From assembly GCA_965113315.1 (NCBI GenBank), contig OZ220370.1: DNA of 64,000 nt. One strand, 5' to 3'. Below, in pieces: positions 58,401-64,000 of the stretch. The translations under genes and the position numbers were made by a program. The notes below the pieces were generated by a model. That model worked only from the letters and a program-made list of their open reading frames with translations. It ran no database searches and had not been told where the DNA came from. Origin of the DNA: Podarcis vaucheri (Eukaryota). The first letter of the stretch is position 1, and each line of letters starts with the position of its first letter.

Positions 58401-61023
58401 ATGTGGAGGAGCGGGGAAGCGAACCTGGTTCACCAGATTACAAGTCCACCGCTCATAACCCCTACACCACACTGGCTCTAGGAACAAATACATTAAACCG
58501 TTTACCAAGTGGTTAGCTACAAAAGCATGCATGCAACCATATGGCAAACCGGTCATCTGTACATCAAACGGGATACATTAAAATAAGTTTAGCAAGATCT
58601 GTTGCTATGCCTTCCCCTTGTTGAACACTTCAAACGACATTCTCAGAGTTAGGTCAAGTGGACATGCTAGATTTATTCTCCTAGGTCTCTTTATCGGATG
58701 CTTAAGTACACTGAGATAATGAAGCTGCTCACATACATTAAGGGCTTTGTTGGATGAAAGCCTCATACCAGCAACTTCTAAAGCAATTCTAACCATCTTT
58801 AAATTCATCTAGGAAAACTGCTATTATCCAGCAGTAGATCTGGTAATGTTGCAATTTGCAGATGTCATCAAAGGGACCACTATCTTAATTTTAGGTAACC
58901 AAGACAGGTATACACACATATTTTGTAAATAGATGAGAATTGTGTCATCCTTTAGACATATACCTGTTTTCTGTTATCAGGAAAAAATGACTCCAGGCTC
59001 CTGGTGCATTATCAAGATGCTAAGTTTTTGAATAATTCTAATGCAGGCCTAGACAGACCACTTATTTGCTACTGGAGGGAATTCTGATATCACCAAATCA
59101 AGCTTGCCACTCCTTCTTCTCATAAGGTATCTGTGAATTTAATATCTGCATGACAGATAAAAACTTAATGTGTGAAGCCTTTCCCAGTGCTGAGATGCCT
59201 TGATAAGGAAATCTCCACCTGTTGCATTTCTGCCTGTCATACAGATATGCAAAACAGAGGAGCCCTACCATGGAAAAGGTGGCAACTTTCACTGGTGATT
59301 AACTTTCTCTCTGAGTTTAAAAAGCAACAGTGAGAGCTGCAATTAAAAGCTGTGCATACAAACAGGATATGTTAAAATGAGGATGTGGTTGTCACTATAT
59401 CCTGTAGTCCTTTTGAGACAGGCACTTAAAAGGCTGTTAGGAAATAAGTTGATTAAAATGCTATAATGATGGAGGGGGATTAGAAGCACCATCCTGGGAG
59501 AATAGCAACCTCCAATTGTCAGGCCAAGTCTGAGTTGAACTACACTGCTTGCTGTTTAATGGCAAATGATGTCTCCTGCTTGTACAGAAGCCAGATAAGA
59601 GGCTGACAACCCTACAGCAAGAGATTGATATCCTGGTTGCAAGTAACCAAGGAAATTCAAAATATCAACTCCACTATTCTGACTCATTTCTGCGTTCTGT
59701 CATCAGTCAAAGATACTGGCCGTGTTTACACAATTTAATCCTGGCTTAATTGGCTAGGTTATGTATGACCTTCATGTACCTCCAGCTACCCCCTTTGCTC
59801 TTGCTAGCTCCCCACAAGCAAAGAAATAAACCAGGAAGCTGCAGTTAATCCGAGTTTCCTGTTAAGTGCAAACTGGGGTCTTAAGGTGGATTCCAAACAA
59901 GCCAAGATTCAAAAGCCAACTTTAAATTAAATGAAAGTTGACTTCCTAATCCTCTTCTTTAGAAGCCATCAATGTGTTCCTGGCTTATATGAAATGGAAA
60001 TCTATGGTTAATTTGAGCTTCCTGGCTTGCTTTTTGTGGGTTTTTTTTGCATAGGGACTGTATACAAGTACACAACGCATATCATGGCTTATTACATCAG
60101 GAACTGATCATACTAACTAGGGCATTGTGATATCCTATTGCTCATCTTTGGGGGCCCTTAGTAAATCTACTAACCAGGACCCAAACTTGCTGACCGCATA
60201 TATGTCACTCATTGCGTACAGCCACAAGTTCTCACAATAAAATAGGTCTTGAATCTTGCATTTTGGCCTAGTCTTTCTTGCAATCCCATTTAAAATTAAG
60301 AATTCTACCATACCTCTCTCTGAAGGTTGATATCAGCTCCTTGCAGCACCAATTCTCGCACGCATTCTTTGTGACCATAGTACGATGCTACCATAAGCGT
60401 TGTTGAACCAAGCTGGGCATAAAGAAATACAAACTCATTATCTTAAAACTAGGATAGAAAGCCATGCAAACCTGAAGGCTGTATATAATTTCTCTGCACC
60501 TGCTCAATAGAGAAGGGAAGGCCTTTTGGCACACGCAAAATGCTTTGTGCTCCCTGCTGAGCAACTATTGAACGTTCCCATACTTTGAGCACAAGAGGAT
60601 GCTAGGGTTTGTGGCTTCTGTGCAAAATGAATCCCAGCACTCCAGATCAGTGAGTCTCGATTTTCTGCTGAAATATGTTGGAGGGTTTGCAAACTGTTGG
60701 AAGGTGTGCAAACTGCTTTTTAAGAAAAATAAAAGCACAAGGGGAGTCCCAGTCATGTAACTGCTATGTAACGTGTTGTTTGACTCCTGCTTTTGAGCAC
60801 ACTCAATATGAAGAAAATAATGCATTCATGTCAAGTTTCCCCACTCTCCCACTAGACCAGATTATGCAAACAGATGCAAATCATCTGTTCCTGTCATGCA
60901 CAAAGTCCTTACACTGTCTTTGCAGTCCACATCCACACGCCCACTGTTCAACAGCAGCTGGAGAAGTGCCAAGTTTCCTTTCCTCGCAGCCCAAAACGCA
61001 GCATTTGCAAGTGGTGTCTCCTT
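43374..61023 (-). CDS. ANKRD29: Ankyrin repeat domain-containing protein 29, spliced gene, exons 2-10 (short exon 1 not found in the window)
   Basis: Nine phase-0 exons giving KETPLANAAFWAARKGNLALL...DGTAPLWIASQMGHSEVVRVMLLRGA...KNERILRLL...RKS*; same position next to NPC1 as in human. Confidence 0.96.
44704..44802 (-). CDS. ANKRD29: ANKRD29 exon 9 (NGTSALHAAVLGGSAKAVALLIEAGADPLLRNK)
   Basis: 99 nt, TAG|...|GTAATG. Confidence 0.95.
44990..45127. mobile_element. Palindromic URR1-like hAT MITE (degenerate relatives at about 1350-1475, 44000-44125, 47455-47580, 57830-57900)
   Basis: TIRs CAGGCTTCCTCAAAC / GTTTGAGGAAGCCTG; internal CTACAACTCCCAT...ATGGGAATTGTAG arms. Confidence 0.82.
45325..45420 (-). 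CDS. ANKRD29: ANKRD29 exon 8 (DGTTALLKAANKGYSDVIEELLKFSPTLGLLK), followed by a GC donor
   Basis: 96 nt, TAG|...AAG|GCAAGT. Confidence 0.93.
46179..46326 (+). mobile_element. Bov-B/RTE LINE, severely 5'-truncated, with a 12-bp TSD
   Basis: Homologous to the 25.4-kb copy; AAGGTTGAAGAG at 46167-46178 and 46327-46338. Confidence 0.92.
47658..47756 (-). CDS. ANKRD29: ANKRD29 exon 7 (DGTAPLWIASQMGHSEVVRVMLLRGAERDATRS)
   Basis: 99 nt, AAG|...|GTGAGT. Confidence 0.96.
48443..48694. mobile_element. Tc1-mariner MITE, family A
   Basis: Same TIRs, TA TSD. Confidence 0.9.
50700..51193. mobile_element. Non-autonomous hAT (Charlie-like) transposon, CpG-rich
   Basis: TIRs CAGTGTTTCCCAA / TTGGGAAACACTG; perfect 8-bp TSD CTCTAAGG. 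Confidence 0.93.
51554..51652 (-). CDS. ANKRD29: ANKRD29 exon 6 (DGATSLFLAAQGGYLDLIRLLLSSGAKVNQPRQ)
   Basis: 99 nt, AAG|...|GTAATG. Confidence 0.94.
52669..52767 (-). CDS. ANKRD29: ANKRD29 exon 5 (DGGTALLAACQYGHMRVVETLLKHGANVHDQLY)
   Basis: 99 nt, CAG|...|GTGAGT. Confidence 0.96.
52830..52884. repeat. Perfect 25-bp stem, 5-nt loop hairpin in ANKRD29 intron 4
   Basis: GACGTAGGTGGTATTCTACAGCCTT-ctaca-AAGGCTGTAGAATACCACCTACGTC. Confidence 0.95.
52983..53552. mobile_element. Second copy of the same hAT MITE (opposite orientation), interrupted by a Sauria SINE and lacking one TIR
   Basis: Reverse-complement homology to 61315-61541; TSD ATTTAAGC at 52975-52982 and 53553-53560. Confidence 0.87.
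53036..53384 (+). mobile_element. Sauria SINE, CpG-rich (young), nested in a hAT MITE
   Basis: GGTTCGAATCC B box; ACCTTTACCTTT tail; TAAT on both sides. Confidence 0.92.
54025..54202 (+). mobile_element. L2-type LINE 3' end (relatives at about 37565-37875 [+] and 20695-20880 [-])
   Basis: TGTAAACCACCCAGAG...GGGCAGGGTATAAATAA terminal stem and AAT tail. Confidence 0.68.
54403..54543 (+). mobile_element. tRNA-Ile-derived SINE with a CR1 3' tail (tail-only relatives at about 1115-1190 [+] and 53630-53663 [-])
   Basis: Head aligns to vertebrate tRNA-Ile (GTTAGCTCAGTTGGTTA.AG.GTGGTGCT.ATAACGCCAAG); tail GGTCCCTTCCAACTCTACAATTCTATG. Confidence 0.85.
57538..57636 (-). CDS. ANKRD29: ANKRD29 exon 4 (SGATALFFAAQQGHNDIVKFLFEYGASTEFKTK)
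   Basis: 99 nt, CAG|...|GTAAGA. Confidence 0.95.
58243..58478 (-). mobile_element. tRNA-derived CORE/MIR-like SINE with an L2-type tail
   Basis: Minus strand starts GAGCCAGTGTGGTGTAG.GGTTA (A box), then GGTTCGC; plus strand shows the MIR-like CCCAAGGTCACCCAGC core. Confidence 0.82.
60314..60412 (-). CDS. ANKRD29: ANKRD29 exon 3 (LGSTTLMVASYYGHKECVRELVLQGADINLQRE)
   Basis: 99 nt, one ankyrin repeat, CAG|...|GTATGG. Confidence 0.95.
60913..61023 (-). CDS. ANKRD29: ANKRD29 exon 2 (KETPLANAAFWAARKGNL...VDCKDS)
   Basis: 111 nt, CAG|...|GTAAGG. Confidence 0.95.
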
Positions 61024-61314
61024 CTGTTAACAAAACCAAAATGCAACAAAAATCAGATTATTCTGTACAAACACGGGGATATCTGTGAAGTCTTGCTAGT
61101 AGGGATCTTTTTTCTTCTCTCCTGGCATGGGCCCTTTGCTTTTAACAGTGCATGTTCTCTGCTTTGTTTTCTTAAGTGGTTAACAGAAACACAGCTGTTC
61201 CGCAAAGGAAAGCTGCTCTCCACCCATTTGACTCTCGAAGAACACCTTCTTACCCTGTGGGTATTGGGCCTACACACTAATGCAAGCATAGAGTTATTAT
61301 TTTATGCTCTAGAA

Positions 61315-61541
61315 CATAGCTTTCCAAACTGTGTGTCATGACACGTTAGTGTATCGGCTGCAGTGTGTAGGTGTGTCGCGTGAACGCTCCCCAGGCTCCT
61401 GGGGCTAGAAAGGGTATAACCTCTAGTTTGATAGTAAAACTGAATCACTGTCACGAAATGATGCAAAACTGAATTGCTGTGTCACGAAATTATGCATGTC
61501 TAAAAAGTGTGTCACCAACATGAAAAATTTGGAAAGCTCTG
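61315..61541. mobile_element. hAT MITE (CAGAGCTTTCCAAA TIR family)
   Basis: TIRs at both ends; TSD CTCTAGAA / TTCTAGAA. Confidence 0.88.
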
Positions 61542-61710
61542 TTCTAGAAAGACCACACATAGCACACCAACCTGGCTCACCTGTAACACCCTTGGTCACA
61601 AAAGGGTGGATAAGATATGCATAAGAACAGAAAGGGATCAGACCATTGTGAAACAAGCACACAAGAATAGCTTTTAGGGCAAAACCCTATATTCAATATA
61701 CAGCAGCTAA

Positions 61711-62063
61711 AGGTAAAGGTACCCTTGACCGTTAGGTCCAGTCACGAATGACTCTAGGGTTGCGACGCTCATCTCGCTTTATTGGCCAAGGGAGCCGGCG
61801 TACAGCTTCTGGGTCATGTGGCCAGTATGACTAAGCCGCTTCTGGCGAACCAGAGCAGCACACGGAAGACGCCGTTTACCTTCCTGTTGGAGCGGTACCT
61901 ATTTATCTACTTGCACTTTGGCATGTTTTCGAACTGCTAGGTGAGCAGGAACTGGGACCGAGCAACGGGAGCTCACTCCATCGTGGGGATTCGAACCACC
62001 AACCTTCTGATCAGCAAGCCCTAGGCTCTGTGGTTTAGACCACAGCACCATCTGTGTCCTTCG
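61711..62063 (-). mobile_element. Sauria SINE, near full length
   Basis: Same family; flanking duplication TACAGCAGCTAA / TACTGCAGCTAA. Confidence 0.92.
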
Positions 62064-62981
62064 TACTGCAGCTAAGGGGGCATAAAATCTGGCAGAACCA
62101 ACACCCTGGTATGCTAGAGGAACACAAGCTACGTTGTCATGCTGGTGGAATGGCTAAAATGAGGCAGAGTCATAGTTAGCCATGTGGCAACCTAGAGAAG
62201 GAACAATGCAATTCCACCGCACCCTGTGTGCCTCAAGACCATGGCAATGAATTCCAAAGGGCTGGGCTTTAAATATTCAGATAATTATTCAGTGCAGTGA
62301 CTCAATTAAAATATTTTAATCAATTAAAAAGCTGTTGCTTGTGAATCACAAAACAGATTAGATGTTTTAAATATTACAATTACAATACATGGCAGGTGTC
62401 ACCTTAGAAGAGGAAACCCTCTCTCTCTTCTACACAGGAGGGAATGCTTCTTCTAAAATGGAGCTGGATGTGACACATGTGCATCTTTTCCAAAAACAGA
62501 GACTGGGGGTGGGTGGGTTCTATTGTTTTACTCCTATACAAATTTATGTCAATTTTAATTAACCAACTAACCAAAAATAATAAAATTATCTGGGTAAAAG
62601 CTTAACAAAGGGCATAAGGAAAAGATAGATCCTCTCCAGATGACATAATTGTTGTTTTTAGGGGAATGTTGAGATGTTGCCCATTTCCTGAGGAAAATCC
62701 AACTACTCTGTCTCTGGAAAAGCTTATATTCTCTTAATTCAAACTACTATGTCATTCCCTACAAAAAGCTTTGTATCTTTCTGTCATTGTGCTTGTTTTT
62801 TCTTCTTCTTTGGAAGCTTGTGCACTTTAGCTTTCCAGCACTCCAATAATAAGCGCTCATAAAAAAACACAATCATACAAATGAACAAAATGTTCTGCAA
62901 TAAGATGCAGGTTGAAGAGAAATATTAAATATTTGCAAACAGCATCAAACTTGAAAGTATCTGTTTAAAGAAACAAGAATA

Positions 62982-63212
62982 CAGTGGTACCTCAGGTTAA
63001 GTACTTAATTCGTTCTGGAAGTCCGTTCTTAACCTGAAACTGTTCTTAACCTGAAGCACAACTTTAGCTAATGGAGCCTCCCACTGCCGAAGCACAATTT
63101 CTGTTCTCATCCTGAAGCAAAGTTCTTAACCCGAGGTAATATTTTTGGGTTAGTGGAGTCTGTAACCTGAAGCCTATGTAACCTGAAGCGTATGTAACCC
63201 GAGGTACCACTG
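62982..63212. mobile_element. Tc1-mariner MITE, family A
   Basis: Same TIRs, TA TSD. Confidence 0.9.
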
Positions 63213-63761
63213 TACATGAACTGCATAATATAGAGACCAATGAGCACACTTTCAGGTGAACATTTCTGTTTATCAATTGTCACCTGTTTTCTGATGAGTT
63301 ATAATCCTCCTCTCTTTTATGTACTTGGGTGAATTATGTGGATTTAGGCTTCTTACTGCAATCCTTGAAGTCCAGCCTATCTAAATTTATTACCACCCTA
63401 GTACGATAACATGCTCTCTCTGACTAAACAGCATAACCAAGGAGGAACAACTGACAAGCATCACCTTCATTTTTCAGAACTATTACTCAGAATTTCCAGC
63501 TAAAAGGATCAAGTAACAAGGAACGGGACAGATCCCTGCCCCTGCCTGAGACACGGGAGAGCCACTGCCAGCCAGTGGAGAAACTATTGATGGAAATGTA
63601 CCAGGGATCTCACTCAGATAGGGAATCCTATGGCCAGTGCACATGTCTACAGAATGGGGCAAGGCAACAATTTCAACTTGTTTTTTCAGTATGTGATGGG
63701 GCAGGAAGTTTGTCAGCACCCCTCTTGTGTAACACAGCCTCAAATTTCATACAATATAATA

Positions 63762-63976
63762 CAGTGGTACCTTGGGTTACATACGCTTCAGGTTACAGAC
63801 TCCGCTAACCCAGAAACAGTACCTCGGGCTAAGAACTTTGCTTCAGGATGAGAACAGAAATCATGCTCTGGTGGCGCAGTGGCCCCATTAGCTAAAGTGG
63901 TGCTTCAGGTTAAGACAGTTTCAGGTTAAGAACGGACCCCCGGAACGAATTAAGTACTTAACCCGAGGTACCACTG
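63762..63976. mobile_element. Tc1-mariner MITE, family A (opposite orientation to the 62982 copy)
   Basis: Same TIRs, TA TSD. Confidence 0.9.
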
Positions 63977-64000
63977 TAGTGAGCAAAAGTGGGCGTGGGC

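Noticed and set aside
59250-59650. Repeat-free stretch that looks like a conserved non-coding enhancer
   Set aside because: Impression only; cannot be supported without a multi-species alignment
60675-61341. 137-aa and 155-aa plus-strand ORFs
   Set aside because: Antisense to ANKRD29 exon 2 and flanking intron; no recognisable protein features

Overview
Vertebrate genomic DNA, almost certainly a squamate and probably a lacertid lizard, judging by Sauria SINEs, Bov-B/RTE, CR1, L2, L1 and many hAT and Tc1-mariner MITEs. Two intron-rich genes lie in tandem on the minus strand, in the order known from human 18q11. NPC1: coding exons 1-23 run from the ATG at 33968 to 93 (3633 nt, 1211 codons); exons 24-25 are off the left edge; there is a CpG-island promoter at about 33.85-34.46 kb. 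ANKRD29: exons 2-10 run from 61023 to the stop at 43374; exon 1 was not found and probably lies off the right edge. All exons were placed by hand from splice sites and frame continuity. The supplied ORFs are mostly exon fragments or noise. No prokaryote-type system is present, and I cannot support a claim of a wholly new biological system. The best leads are: (i) substitutions at NPC1 sterol-pocket residues (human N41->S, E30->Q, T82->D); (ii) a perfect 124-bp inverted duplication of apparently unique sequence in NPC1 intron 6, and a perfect 25-bp hairpin in ANKRD29 intron 4, each beside short direct repeats; (iii) young MITEs carrying regulatory-looking cargo (a CRE plus GC box, a CCAAT array, telomere-type/G4 repeats); (iv) a GC-AG intron in ANKRD29. 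Human residue numbers and exon sizes are from memory of the human genes, not from a search.
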